A DNA stretch of 61,249 nt from an uncultured bacterium (GTDB lineage: Bacteria; Bdellovibrionota_B; Oligoflexia; Oligoflexales; CACXFL01), in contig CACXFL010000017.1 of the NCBI GenBank assembly GCA_902766925.1, positions 1 to 61,249 on the forward strand, given 5' to 3'. This document shows positions 47,373 through 57,916 of the stretch, one piece after another (position 1 is the first letter of the stretch; each line of letters begins with the position of its first letter). The translations under genes were made by a program, and so were the position numbers. The notes under the pieces are model-generated. The model made no database searches and was not told the origin of the DNA. It saw only the letters and a program-made list of their open reading frames with translations.

Positions 47373-48269
47373 ATGGATTTTAGAGGGGTATGGACAGCAC
47401 TTGTAACTCCTTTTGATAAAAAAGGAGAAATTGATTGGTCTTCACTGGAACAATTACTTGATATACAACAAAAAGCTAAAGTAACAGGGGTAGTGGTAAC
47501 TGCTACTACTGGAGAAGCTCCTACATTAAGTTTAGAAGAAAAGATTAAGATAGTTAAATTTAGTAGAGAACATCTTAGTTCTGATATTAGAGTTATGGCT
47601 GGGAGTGGAGGAAATTCTACGAGTTCTAGTGTTGAAGTATCAATGAAGTTAGAACAAGCAGGAGCAGAATGTCTATTAGTAGTAACTCCATACTATAATA
47701 AACCAGGTACTGAAGGAATCATCGCTCATTTTAAAAGGATTAGTTCTGCTGTTAAAGTACCTCTTTGCTTGTATCATGTACCTGGAAGAACAGGGGTAAG
47801 ATTATCGGCAGAAAGTATAGCTAGAATCTGTGAGGTCGATAGAGTAGAAGCAGTAAAGGAAGCAAGTGGAGATATATCCTTGTTTTCAGCGGCAAGACTT
47901 GAGTGCATGAAACTTAATAAGAGGATAGCTTTTTTGTCTGGGGATGATTTTACCTATCTAGCTAGTCTTTCGGTTGGAGGAGATGGTTGTATCAGTGTGG
48001 TTTCTAACGTATATCCTAAAGCTATGGTAGATATGAGTGAGTGTTATTTTAATGAAAATAACAAGGAAGCTATAAGGTATAATGATATTTTATATCCTGT
48101 AGCAGTAGCTATGTTTTGTGAAACTAATCCTACTCCTGTAAAAGCTGCACTTGCTTCCAGGGGACTTATATTAAATACGTTAAGAGAGCCTTTAGTACCA
48201 GTAAGTCAGGTTCATTATCAAAGTATAGAAAAGATTTGCCAGCAAGCTGATATAAAACTTAAAGCTTAG
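47373..48269 (+). CDS. dapA: 4-hydroxy-tetrahydrodipicolinate synthase
   Basis: ALVTPF...TATTGEAPTLS...VKEASGD motifs. ATG 47373 after GGAGGA. Confidence 0.93.
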   Translation: MDFRGVWTALVTPFDKKGEIDWSSLEQLLDIQQKAKVTGVVVTATTGEAPTLSLEEKIKIVKFSREHLSSDIRVMAGSGGNSTSSSVEVSMKLEQAGAECLLVVTPYYNKPGTEGIIAHFKRISSAVKVPLCLYHVPGRTGVRLSAESIARICEVDRVEAVKEASGDISLFSAARLECMKLNKRIAFLSGDDFTYLASLSVGGDGCISVVSNVYPKAMVDMSECYFNENNKEAIRYNDILYPVAVAMFCETNPTPVKAALASRGLILNTLREPLVPVSQVHYQSIEKICQQADIKLKA

Positions 48270-48312
48270 AATCTTAAGTAAGATTGACTTTTGAAGAATA
48301 GGAAAAGTGTAT

Positions 48313-49023
48313 ATGAAATTATGGATTAGTGGATATAAGGGAAGAATGGGACAAAAGATAGCTGAGTGGGCTGTTAAAGAAGAAATAGAAGTTATTGGAG
48401 GAGTAGATAAAGACTGGGGATCCTATGATGAAATATCTGGAGCGGATCTAGTAGTGGATTTTTCTTCCCCAGAAGGAAATTTAAAGTTATTTGAATATCT
48501 TAGTTCTAATAAAGTAGAAGGAAAAGCAGTGTTAGTTGGTACTACTGGATTAACTGATGAGAGGAAGAAACTTTGGTCTACTCTTGGTAGTAACAATAAA
48601 GTTATGGTAGCAGCTAATACTTCTTTGGGAATTATTACACTGATATCAATATTAGGACAAGTAGCAACTAGGTTAAAAGATTTTGATATAGAGATAAGTG
48701 AGACTCATCACAGGAATAAAAAAGATGCTCCTAGTGGAACAGCTTTACTTCTAGCTGATGCAATTCAGAAAAAAAGAGCTGGGCTTTATGTTAATACCGA
48801 TAGAAATAAACTTAGAGATAAAAATGAGATAGGGGTAGTTTCACTAAGAGGTGGAAGTGTATTTGGAGAACACTCGGTAAGGTTTTTATCTGATGAGGAG
48901 GAGTTGGAATTTTCTCATAGAGCATTGTCTAGGGATTTATTCGCAAAAGGGGCTATTAGGTTGGTACAGTGGTTGGCGAGTCAGAAAAATGGAAGCTATA
49001 CCATATATGATTATAAGGAATAG
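48313..49023 (+). CDS. dapB: 4-hydroxy-tetrahydrodipicolinate reductase
   Basis: GYKGRMG and ETHHRNKKDAPSGTAL motifs. Confidence 0.92.
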   Translation: MKLWISGYKGRMGQKIAEWAVKEEIEVIGGVDKDWGSYDEISGADLVVDFSSPEGNLKLFEYLSSNKVEGKAVLVGTTGLTDERKKLWSTLGSNNKVMVAANTSLGIITLISILGQVATRLKDFDIEISETHHRNKKDAPSGTALLLADAIQKKRAGLYVNTDRNKLRDKNEIGVVSLRGGSVFGEHSVRFLSDEEELEFSHRALSRDLFAKGAIRLVQWLASQKNGSYTIYDYKE

Positions 49024-49096
49024 CAAAAAGTGATATCACGCAGATGTCTTTATAATCAAGGTAGATTGATAAAGAATGTAAGGAGAAAGGGGAGAA

Positions 49097-51265
49097 GTGA
49101 AATTTAGACATAAATTAACTATGGTAGGTATTACCTTTTTAGTAATAGTAGCAGTGGGTATTTTTGTTTTAGAAAGGAAAGAAGCAGTGGAAAAACAAAA
49201 GAAACTAGAAGCTAGCCCTTTAATGAATCCTGAGTTTTATAAAAATCCTGATTTTTCTTTGATAGATGATTCCATGTATCTAGATGTAATTGAAGAAGGG
49301 ATCAAACAAAAAAGAAAACAGATAGAAGATATAGTTAATAATAAAGAAGAACCTAGTTTTATAAATACGGTATTTGCTCTGGATCAATCAGGAAAACTAC
49401 TACAAGATACTGCAGAACTTTTTTTTCATCTGACTTATGCTGCTTTTACTCCTGGTATGGAAGAAGTTGAAGAGACAATCTCTACTAAGATGTCAGAACT
49501 TGAAGATGAGATAATGTATAATGAGGGGTTATTTTCTAAGATTAAAGTAGTTTATGATAAAAAAGATAGTTTAAACCTTTCTGGTAAAGAGTTACGTCTA
49601 CTTGAAACCCTGTATGAAGCTTTTATAAAAAATGGATCTCTTTTATCAGTGGAGGATAAAAAGAAAGTTAAAGATATTAATAAAGAACTAGTTCGTCTAA
49701 CTACTAAGTTTTCTCAAAACCTGCTCAAAGAATCAGCTTCGGTATATATCTTATTAGAAGAATCTGAAAAAGATAGATTAAAAGGAGTAGCTGAAGATGA
49801 TATTGCTTCATTTAAAAAAGAAGCTCAAGCTAAGGGAAAATCTGGATATCTTCTAAGCTATATTAATCCTAGGGTAAGAGAAATTTTAAGGGTTGGAGAA
49901 GATAGAGAACTTAGAAAAACACTATGGGAGTTTTATCAAAAACAAGGAAGGGATTTAAATAGTGATCTTGTTTTATCTATAATGAAACTAAGAGCTAAAA
50001 AAGCAAATATTTTAGGTTTTTCTTCTCACTCGGAATATGTTTTAAAGGGAAACTCTATGGCAGGAAGTCCTAAGGAAGCTAGAGATCTTTTGGAATCTAT
50101 TCTTCCATATTCTATGTCTAGTATGAAAAAGGATAGGGTAGAGTTAGAGAAATTAGCTAGAAAATTAGAATCTGATCCTGGGTTTGATCTACAAATTTGG
50201 GATTGGGCGTATTATACGGAGAAGTTAAGAGAAGAAAGGTTTAATTATAAAGATAGTGATTTGAAGGTGTATTTTAAACTAAGTTCTGTAAGAGATGGAG
50301 TGTTTGAAGCTATAAAGAGATTATATGGTTTAGAGTTTATTAAAAGAGATGATATCTCTTTATATTATGATGATTCTAATCATGGGATAGATACCTATGA
50401 GGTTAGATCTGATGGAGAAAGTGTAGGGGTACTCTATCTTGATTATTATGCCAGAGCTAATAAGAAAGCTGGAGCTTGGTCTACGAGTATAAGATCTAAA
50501 CAAGCTGAGTTTGATGAGAGTGGAAAATTTTTAAGATACCAAAATCCTATAGAAGTGGTTGTATTTAATTTCCCAGCTCCAAGTAATGAAGGAGTACTAT
50601 TATCTTTGAGGGATGTAGAAACTTTTTTCCATGAGATGGGTCATGCTGTAAATGCTTTCTTTATAGATCCTGTATATGCTTCGTTAACTGAATCCTATAG
50701 AGATTTTGTAGAACTTCCTTCTCAACTTTTTGAACACTGGGCAACCTCATCGGAATATCTTCCTGAGTATGCTAAACATTATAAAACTCATAAAAGTATA
50801 GATTCTAGCTTAGTTAAAAAGATTCAAGACTCTATGATTTTTGATAGAGGATATTTTGTATCTCGTCAGTTATTTTTAGGACTGGAAGATTTAGGATGGC
50901 ATAGTCTTAGTGAACATGAAATAAATAAGTATGAGTCTGAAGCTTCTTTTGAAGAAGATTATCTAAAAAAACTTGGATTAACTTCGGAATATGATTTTGT
51001 TCCTAGAGCTCATCGTTTTTCTCATATAATAAGTACTGGGTATGATTCGAGGTACTATGGTTATATGTGGTCTGATATGTTAGTAGAAGATGCGTATGAG
51101 TTGTTCCGTACTCAAGGTATATTTAATCAAAAAGTATCTAGCTCGTTTAGGGATAATATTTTGACTGTTGCAAATAGCCAAGATCCTATGAGTGCGTATG
51201 AAAAATTCAGAGGTCGTCGTCCTACGGTGGATGCACTGCTTAGAAAAGAAGGATTTAAAAAATAA
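49097..51265 (+). CDS. M3-family zinc metallopeptidase (peptidyl-dipeptidase Dcp / oligopeptidase-like) with an N-terminal TM anchor
   Basis: FFHEMGHAVN (HExxH). About 720 aa. GTG start after AAGGAGAAAGGGGAG. Confidence 0.88.
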   Translation: MKFRHKLTMVGITFLVIVAVGIFVLERKEAVEKQKKLEASPLMNPEFYKNPDFSLIDDSMYLDVIEEGIKQKRKQIEDIVNNKEEPSFINTVFALDQSGKLLQDTAELFFHLTYAAFTPGMEEVEETISTKMSELEDEIMYNEGLFSKIKVVYDKKDSLNLSGKELRLLETLYEAFIKNGSLLSVEDKKKVKDINKELVRLTTKFSQNLLKESASVYILLEESEKDRLKGVAEDDIASFKKEAQAKGKSGYLLSYINPRVREILRVGEDRELRKTLWEFYQKQGRDLNSDLVLSIMKLRAKKANILGFSSHSEYVLKGNSMAGSPKEARDLLESILPYSMSSMKKDRVELEKLARKLESDPGFDLQIWDWAYYTEKLREERFNYKDSDLKVYFKLSSVRDGVFEAIKRLYGLEFIKRDDISLYYDDSNHGIDTYEVRSDGESVGVLYLDYYARANKKAGAWSTSIRSKQAEFDESGKFLRYQNPIEVVVFNFPAPSNEGVLLSLRDVETFFHEMGHAVNAFFIDPVYASLTESYRDFVELPSQLFEHWATSSEYLPEYAKHYKTHKSIDSSLVKKIQDSMIFDRGYFVSRQLFLGLEDLGWHSLSEHEINKYESEASFEEDYLKKLGLTSEYDFVPRAHRFSHIISTGYDSRYYGYMWSDMLVEDAYELFRTQGIFNQKVSSSFRDNILTVANSQDPMSAYEKFRGRRPTVDALLRKEGFKK

Positions 51266-51300
51266 ATAAAATATTAATTATAGATTATAAGGATGTTTTG

Positions 51301-51342
51301 AAAAATTCCCTAGGTTTCTTTGGAGCCTAGGGAATTTTATTA
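51301..51342 (+). terminator. Rho-independent terminator after the M3 peptidase gene
   Basis: aaattccctagg...cctagggaattt followed by tatt. Confidence 0.75.
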
Positions 51343-51417
51343 GGTTAGGGTTATAGTATTTGAGCTAGGATATTGATATAATAGAATATATAAAAAATGT
51401 TGAAAAAGAGGTAGTAA

Positions 51418-52293
51418 ATGAGACAATTTCTTGGAAGTTTAGTAGTACTCATAAGTTTGATTGGTATCAATGGTTGTGAAGGTACTGCGGGACCTACAAT
51501 TACTTCACAAAATGCTTCTTCTCAGACTATGGCTGCAAATACTATATCTAGCTCTTCTGGTAATTCGAACATTATGGATGTTCTATCATCAGATCCTAGT
51601 TCTGTCGTAGATCCTCATATTTCTTCTAGTCAACCCCCACCATCATCATTTTATCCCTCTTCGTCTCAATTCGTCTCAGATCCTTCCGATGAAGAAGAAG
51701 AAATATCTGAGATTAGTGTATGTGTATTTTATACAAGAGAAGGTGTTAAAAGTGATATAGATTCAGATGAATGTACATGTCACCATTGTGATGGAGAGTT
51801 GAAAATAAAACTTACAGGAGTAGATGAATTTAACTTCTGGGATATGAGTAATAAAACTTGTAAGAGACGTTATCTTATTACAGGAGGGGAAAGGAATCGT
51901 TGTGACGGAGCTCATTCTGCCAACGATTCTCAATTAGATGGTCATTATAATGTTGATATTCCAGGAAGTAAGTTTAGTGGTGGAAGTTTTATAAATGGAA
52001 AATTTACTTTTAGACCTGTGGAATTTATTCCAAGTAGTGATACATCTTGTTATAAATCTTATAGTTCTAGTAATAAATGTTATCAGGAAAATAAAGACTA
52101 TAGAGCAAAAAGTGTTCTCTATAGTGTGATTGGAAGAGTCAACGGAAAGTATTTTACACGTAGTCCTAAAAAAATTACGATTGGTTCAACTGCTACTATA
52201 AATAGAGATGAGATAGAGCTTTCAAAAAATCCTTCACATTTTGGAGATTGGTGTGAGATCCTTTCAGGTGTTGAACAACCCCTACATAATTAA
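51418..52293 (+). CDS. Hypothetical Ser-rich, Cys-rich lipoprotein
   Basis: Lipobox INGC|EG. Confidence 0.6.
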   Translation: MRQFLGSLVVLISLIGINGCEGTAGPTITSQNASSQTMAANTISSSSGNSNIMDVLSSDPSSVVDPHISSSQPPPSSFYPSSSQFVSDPSDEEEEISEISVCVFYTREGVKSDIDSDECTCHHCDGELKIKLTGVDEFNFWDMSNKTCKRRYLITGGERNRCDGAHSANDSQLDGHYNVDIPGSKFSGGSFINGKFTFRPVEFIPSSDTSCYKSYSSSNKCYQENKDYRAKSVLYSVIGRVNGKYFTRSPKKITIGSTATINRDEIELSKNPSHFGDWCEILSGVEQPLHN

Positions 52294-53822
52294 TAAGTAC
52301 GTAGTGGCCAGGAGTTTAGATAGGATTTTCTCATACGAGAATAGAGCATATTATCTTTACTGCTAATACGAGATTGTTCGTGTTGTTGAATACTATGGAG
52401 TTGTTTTTCAGATACCATAACAGTATATTCAAGTTCAGTATCATTAAAAGGAAGAATTTTAAAAGGAATAGATGATTTTTTCCTATCATCACTTCCTTTT
52501 ATACTGTTATATCTAGCAAGATGATAAGAACCAGGAAGCATTGGAATAGAAAGTTCTGATGATTGAAGATCTGATGTTCTTTCCTTATCTCCTCCTTCAA
52601 TTCTTACAAGGTCTGTAATAAGATTAGGAATATGTTCATACCTTGTTTTTAAAATAAGTCTTCCTAGATTTATAATATGTTTGTCTCCCACAGGAGTTTT
52701 TATTCCCTTAGATCCTTCTATTTCAACATATACAGAGTCTTGAAAATATAGGGTAGGCATATCAGTTACAGATCTAGCAAAATAAGAAGGAGAATCTTTC
52801 TCATAAAGGTAAATATTTCTATTTCCTAAACAGTTCCAATCCCAAAGATTACAGTCTGAATTAATCTGAATAGAGTTAACTTTTTTTACTAATAGTTCGT
52901 TTTGTTCTGTGGTTACAGTGATTGCTGTAAAAGAATTATCTAGTTTCAGAGAAAGTTGTCCTGGAAGAACAGGGTAGGTCTCATCAAGATTAATCCAATG
53001 ACCGTCGTTTACTTCTACCAGTGGAGAAGATCCTTGGATGATTCTAAATTGCTCTAAATCTAAAGGTATTACTGGTTGAATCTTGATAAAAGAAGGATTG
53101 ATAGTAAGAGCTTCTTTCTCTTTTAAATGTAAGGTCTTTAAAGTTCCATTCAGTTCAAGATTAAAATCTCCAGGAAGTAGAAAAGTCCAGTGACCAAATT
53201 TTTGTCCTATGGTAACCGAAATCATATCAAGCCTTGAAGATAAAAAGTATGAAGACTCGTCAGATAAAGTTTTATACTCTGGAGAAGAATTAGATACATT
53301 CTCAGGAATTTCTACCTTGATGGCAGAAAGGTTATACTCTCTTTTCTCTGATGTTTTTTGATCTGGATCTATACTTATAGAAAAAGGAACCATACCTACA
53401 AGAAGTTGATGATTTCCTGCAAATAAGTTTATACTAAACCTGTTTGAAAGAGTTTGTCTAAAATGAGTTTTTTCATATCTACTACACTGAATAGAAAATA
53501 AATCACTTGAAGAAACCTCAGTAGGAGGAATAAAACTTACTGTATGAACTCTTTTTATACTATGATGATCTGGTTTTATTATAACAGTATCGTGAGAACA
53601 ATCTCCTAATAGAAGGTAATGTCCAACAGGAAGAGTTATTTTCTGATTGTATGATCCGTTAGTCTCTGCGGTAAATAATATAGTAGAGCTGGAAGATATT
53701 TTGTATATATCAAAAACACCGTCTTGTAATGATTCTACTGTAAGATATCCAGTTTCTTTGTAAGAGGTACAAGACAGAATAGAGTAACTGATTAGTAGTA
53801 GTAATAATAAAAAGGATCTCAT
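52290..53822 (-). CDS. Lipoprotein with repeated beta-sandwich (PEGA/CarboxypepD_reg-like) modules
   Basis: Lipobox ILSC|TS. Recurrent hPxGxYxL motifs: LPVGHYLL, LLPGDFNLEL, VLPGQLSLKL, MLPGSYHLARY. Confidence 0.5.
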   Translation of the reverse strand: MRSFLLLLLLISYSILSCTSYKETGYLTVESLQDGVFDIYKISSSSTILFTAETNGSYNQKITLPVGHYLLLGDCSHDTVIIKPDHHSIKRVHTVSFIPPTEVSSSDLFSIQCSRYEKTHFRQTLSNRFSINLFAGNHQLLVGMVPFSISIDPDQKTSEKREYNLSAIKVEIPENVSNSSPEYKTLSDESSYFLSSRLDMISVTIGQKFGHWTFLLPGDFNLELNGTLKTLHLKEKEALTINPSFIKIQPVIPLDLEQFRIIQGSSPLVEVNDGHWINLDETYPVLPGQLSLKLDNSFTAITVTTEQNELLVKKVNSIQINSDCNLWDWNCLGNRNIYLYEKDSPSYFARSVTDMPTLYFQDSVYVEIEGSKGIKTPVGDKHIINLGRLILKTRYEHIPNLITDLVRIEGGDKERTSDLQSSELSIPMLPGSYHLARYNSIKGSDDRKKSSIPFKILPFNDTELEYTVMVSEKQLHSIQQHEQSRISSKDNMLYSRMRKSYLNSWPLRTY

Positions 53823-53865
53823 ATTCTGTCTTGTTACCTATGTTATTTTATACCTCGATTTAGTT

Positions 53866-54810
53866 TTAGAAATTAAGACCTACATATAGGGAGTTTTGGA
53901 AAAAAGAAAGTTTTCCAAAGTTATACTCAACTTTTAATCCTGCACTAAGATTTTGGATGTAAGTAAAATCATATTGGAAATTTGCCATAACTCCTGGTGT
54001 AAAAGTTATTTTAGTTTGTTTTCCAGAATCTATATAGAATTTCTTAAGAGTTGCAATCCCTAGATTAATTCCACTAGATATAGAAAAACCACCTATAATT
54101 TCTTGTTTGTAAGAAGATCCAGCAAAATAATGATGGGTAGTTAAATCAAAATCTACATTATCATCTTTAGTGTAGGTTGTAAAAGCACGATATCCTAGGT
54201 TTAATAAAAGAACAGAGCTAGAAGATAGAGGTCTTAACTTGTAAAATAAGGTAAATCCTGAACTTATGGTTCTAACCAGTGAGTTAGAATCTACTGAGAT
54301 AAAAGTAGCTAGTCCTAGAAGATCTAGTTGAAAGGATATAAGAGTAGACGCAGGATCTACTTTAAATGGAACAGGAGTAGGCGTAGGAGTTTTTTCATTA
54401 GTTAGAGCTTCTTTTTTTGAATCATCTTTTTTGTCTTTTTTATTCTCAGATACTTTATTAGAAGTGTGTTTTTGAGTTTCTTCTTTTAGATCACCTGTTT
54501 CTTTTGTAGTAGGTTCAACAGTAGAATCTAGAGTGGAAGTATCAGAAGGAAGAGAAGAATTTACTTCTTTTGGTTCTTTTTTAACTTTATTAGTATCTAA
54601 GGTTTTGTCTAAAGAACTATCAGAACTAGAAGTAGTAGATAAATTTTCAGAATCTTTCAAAGAAGTAGTAGGTTCAGGATTAAATGGAGGAAGAGAGTCA
54701 GTTATAGAATCTTTTGCAGATAATAATGAAGTAAAACTAAATAATAAAGTAGCTAATATAAATATGGTAAATATAGAAAATTTAGATGTTATTTTTGATC
54801 TTATAAACAT
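53866..54810 (-). CDS. Secreted protein with a disordered S/T/K/E-rich N-terminal half and a beta-barrel-like C-terminal half
   Basis: Signal peptide. C-terminal ...SLYVGLNF (terminal Phe). Confidence 0.5.
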   Translation of the reverse strand: MFIRSKITSKFSIFTIFILATLLFSFTSLLSAKDSITDSLPPFNPEPTTSLKDSENLSTTSSSDSSLDKTLDTNKVKKEPKEVNSSLPSDTSTLDSTVEPTTKETGDLKEETQKHTSNKVSENKKDKKDDSKKEALTNEKTPTPTPVPFKVDPASTLISFQLDLLGLATFISVDSNSLVRTISSGFTLFYKLRPLSSSSVLLLNLGYRAFTTYTKDDNVDFDLTTHHYFAGSSYKQEIIGGFSISSGINLGIATLKKFYIDSGKQTKITFTPGVMANFQYDFTYIQNLSAGLKVEYNFGKLSFFQNSLYVGLNF

Positions 54811-54839
54811 TGTATCTCCTCTTATTTAATAAAAATAAA

Positions 54840-55895
54840 CTAGATGATTAGTTTGAAATCGATTGTATATACTCTGTTTTCAATAGTTCCTGCAAAGTCT
54901 CCAGCTTCTAGTGCATAGGTTGCAGCTCTTAAATTAATAAGAATAAGATCGAAGTTTATACCAGCTGTATAATATCCATTATATAAACCTGCTTGAAGTT
55001 TTATGTAAGAGTATATATCAAGTTCTAATCCTGTTCCAAATTTTTTAGAAAAATCCATATGTTTATTTAATGAATGAACATCTGCTGCTGCGGTGATAGT
55101 AATAGGTCTTGTGTTAATTAATCTAAAACTTACCCCAGTATTTAGAGAAGGATACATGAGCATTTGATCTTTAGGAGTAGCTACTCCTCCAATACTTGTA
55201 GCACTTATTCCCAAGGTAGGTTTAAATCTGGATTCAGGTTGAGAAACAAGTACTCCAAGATCTACACCAAACCCACCACCATAGTAATAGTTATCTTTCA
55301 AGGATTTTAAATCTGAAAGATCTTGAATATCTACAAGACCCCAGTCACAATTTGCAAGAGCTCCGTAAACATATTTAACAGCTCCACCAACCCTTAATTT
55401 ATCGTCAAAGAAACTCATAGCAAAACCTACAGGAAGAATTCCTCTAGCTCCTGCATCTATTTTAAGTCCTGGATCCCTTTTAAAAGTAAGTTCTGCTCCT
55501 GCATCAACACCTAAAGCTATTCCAAAGTTATATATAGTTAAATAAGGAGTAAAACCTACGTTTAACATAAAGGCAGTACCTAGATTTTTTTCTACAAGAT
55601 CAAGTACAGCTCCTGATTCATTATTATCCTCTAGATCCTTAATATCCCTGTACAGTGGAATAAAATCAGCAGACATAGCAGCAGTAAATCCTAGAAGTTG
55701 GAAATGAACTCCTCCTTTTGAACCAATACCGGCTGGGTTATAAAAAATAGCATTATAATCATCAGCTACAGCTACAAAAGCATTACCCATAGCAAGAGGA
55801 CGGATCCCAAAATGAGTCCAACCTGTTATAGAAGCGAAGGATAAGACCGGAAAAGACATAAATAAGAATATTGATACAATAAACTGTTTGAACAT
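54840..55895 (-). CDS. Outer-membrane beta-barrel protein (PorV/FadL/TraF_2-like N-terminal motif)
   Basis: Preferred start is MFKQFIVSIFLFMSFPVLSFA at 55895. RPLAMGNAFVAVADDYNAIFYNPAGI motif. Confidence 0.55.
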   Translation of the reverse strand: MFKQFIVSIFLFMSFPVLSFASITGWTHFGIRPLAMGNAFVAVADDYNAIFYNPAGIGSKGGVHFQLLGFTAAMSADFIPLYRDIKDLEDNNESGAVLDLVEKNLGTAFMLNVGFTPYLTIYNFGIALGVDAGAELTFKRDPGLKIDAGARGILPVGFAMSFFDDKLRVGGAVKYVYGALANCDWGLVDIQDLSDLKSLKDNYYYGGGFGVDLGVLVSQPESRFKPTLGISATSIGGVATPKDQMLMYPSLNTGVSFRLINTRPITITAAADVHSLNKHMDFSKKFGTGLELDIYSYIKLQAGLYNGYYTAGINFDLILINLRAATYALEAGDFAGTIENRVYTIDFKLII

Positions 55896-55958
55896 AGCTG
55901 GCCTCTTTGAATTTTTTAATAGAAATATAACTAATTTTTTTAGTATATTAAATAAGTA

Positions 55959-55995
55959 AACCTTAGTAAGTAATTCTACTAGAAAAACTAAGGTT
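55959..55995. promoter_or_regulatory. Inverted repeat AACCTTAGT-N19-ACTAAGGTT in the tetR/OMP divergent region
   Basis: 9-bp arms at 55959-55967 and 55987-55995. Confidence 0.25.
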
Positions 55996-56100
55996 GGTAA
56001 ATAGATAAATAGGTATGGTAAGATTAGTATCACTGTGTTTTTAGCTTTGTTTGAAAGCCTTAAGTATAAGATGGTTCATAGAAGAGATTGAGGAATATTT

Positions 56101-56694
56101 ATGTCAAAAGCAGATGTTGCTTCAGAAAGAAAAGAACAGATAGTTAAGGCTACTGTAGACTGTATAAGTAAATATGGTTATCATAATTTTTCTATGCAGG
56201 ATGTAGCAAGAACAGCAGGAGTAAGTAAGGGTATTATCCATTACTACTTTTTAAATAAAGATGAACTAATGCGGTTTGTTTTGGAGAAAGTATCCCTGGG
56301 ACTAGAAGGTCAATTTCTAAAAAATATCAATAAAGCCTTATCTCCTGTAGATAAAATAAAAGTGTTTATAGAACTTGCTTTTGAGGTAGTACAAAAAACG
56401 AGAGAGTACTATCAAGTTAGTATGGATTTTTGGACTCAAATTAACCAAAAAGAAGATGTACGTCAGATTATATCCAAGCACTATGATGTGGTAAGAGGGT
56501 ATGGACAAGATGTTATTAAAGAAGGAATAGAATCGGGAGATTTTAAAAAAGTTGATCCTTATGAATACGCTTCATATATTATGGGAGCAATTGACGGAAT
56601 CAGCCTTCAATGGTTGTTTGATCATGAAAATTATAACTATGAAGCTATGGTTAAGATGGCAAGCAGTGAATTAATCCGTGGACTCCAAAAGTAA
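56101..56694 (+). CDS. TetR/AcrR-family transcriptional regulator
   Basis: N-terminal HTH (FSMQDVARTAGVSKGIIHYYFLNKDEL). Confidence 0.9.
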   Translation: MSKADVASERKEQIVKATVDCISKYGYHNFSMQDVARTAGVSKGIIHYYFLNKDELMRFVLEKVSLGLEGQFLKNINKALSPVDKIKVFIELAFEVVQKTREYYQVSMDFWTQINQKEDVRQIISKHYDVVRGYGQDVIKEGIESGDFKKVDPYEYASYIMGAIDGISLQWLFDHENYNYEAMVKMASSELIRGLQK

Positions 56695-56734
56695 AAATAA
56701 TAATTATCAGTGTAAATAAAAACAAGGATGTGCT

Positions 56735-56763
56735 AAAATTAATCAATGATTGTGATTAATTTT
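56735..56763. promoter_or_regulatory. Inverted repeat AAAATTAATCA-N7-TGATTAATTTT between tetR and the downstream operon (operator or weak terminator)
   Basis: 11-bp perfect arms, verified by hand. Confidence 0.3.
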
Positions 56764-56812
56764 TATTAGGTATATCTGATTAAAACTTAGTATGTAATAA
56801 GAATGGATTTTT

Positions 56813-57880
56813 ATGGATACAGTAAGTACTGAAGATATAGGAGTTATCGTATCAAAGATTGATGCTGGGGAATCTTTAAGTGAACTTCAGATTGAATTTG
56901 CTTTAGAGCAATTAGAACAGAAGGAGTGTTGGTCTCCACTTGTTACTCTATTAACAAGACAACTTGGTACTCAAAACATCGTATATTACGTAAAGTTATG
57001 TAAGGTATACAATAGATATCTAGGAGATATAGAAAAAACAGTACAGATATGTAATAAAGCTGTTTCTAACCTGAAGTTAAATTATAGACAGTTTCAAAAG
57101 TTTTTAGCTACTTTTCTTTTAGAAGAAGATTTTAAATCAGAGGCTATGATTTTAAAAGGAGTTTATACTTCTTTTAATACCCTAAGAGATTCTGAACTAG
57201 CACTTGAAAGACTTTGTCTATTGTATGATAAAAAATTATCAAATCCAGATGGAGTACAAGAGGTTTGTAATTTGTTGCTTCAGATTAATCCGTTGAATCT
57301 TAAAGCTCTTAAATTTTTTAAAGTACTTTATGTACAGTTAGGGTACTGGGATAAGGTATGTGATGTTTTAAAAAATATGATAAGGGCTTCTTCTTCGAAA
57401 CAAAATATCTATAGATTTGCACAAGAGTTAGCAGGTCTTTATCTTTATCAACTCGATAAACCTAAAGAAGCTATAAAAATAATTGAAGAGTACTGTTATA
57501 ATTCACCACTAGATACCTCTATTATGTTATTTGATGCTTATAAGATGACAGAAGACTGGTCTAATTGTTTAAAAGTACTTGATGGAGTACTACAAGTAGC
57601 ATCTTCTAATGTAGAACAAGCTATAATTCATTATAGAATAGCTAAAGTTTATGAAAGTGTAGGTCAAGCTCAAAACGCTGAAAAAGAATATCAAAGAGCT
57701 TTTAAGTTAGATGAAAGTTTTTTGGATCCTTTGGAAGGAATTATAAATCTAAAAGTTTTAACAAGAGATTGGGTAGGTCTTAAAATAGCTCTTATGCATC
57801 TTAGTGAATGTGTTAAAAAAGATGAAAACAGAAGAAATATTATGTCGGTGATTGATAGGTTAAATAGTGTAGTGAGATAA
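56813..57880 (+). CDS. TPR-like helical-repeat protein (hypothetical)
   Basis: Repeated about-34-aa helical pattern, e.g. AIIHYRIAKVYESVGQAQNAEKEYQRAFKLDESF. Confidence 0.5.
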   Translation: MDTVSTEDIGVIVSKIDAGESLSELQIEFALEQLEQKECWSPLVTLLTRQLGTQNIVYYVKLCKVYNRYLGDIEKTVQICNKAVSNLKLNYRQFQKFLATFLLEEDFKSEAMILKGVYTSFNTLRDSELALERLCLLYDKKLSNPDGVQEVCNLLLQINPLNLKALKFFKVLYVQLGYWDKVCDVLKNMIRASSSKQNIYRFAQELAGLYLYQLDKPKEAIKIIEEYCYNSPLDTSIMLFDAYKMTEDWSNCLKVLDGVLQVASSNVEQAIIHYRIAKVYESVGQAQNAEKEYQRAFKLDESFLDPLEGIINLKVLTRDWVGLKIALMHLSECVKKDENRRNIMSVIDRLNSVVR

Positions 57881-57916
57881 TTTTAAATTGATAAACTCAA
57901 AAACAGATGAAATAAA

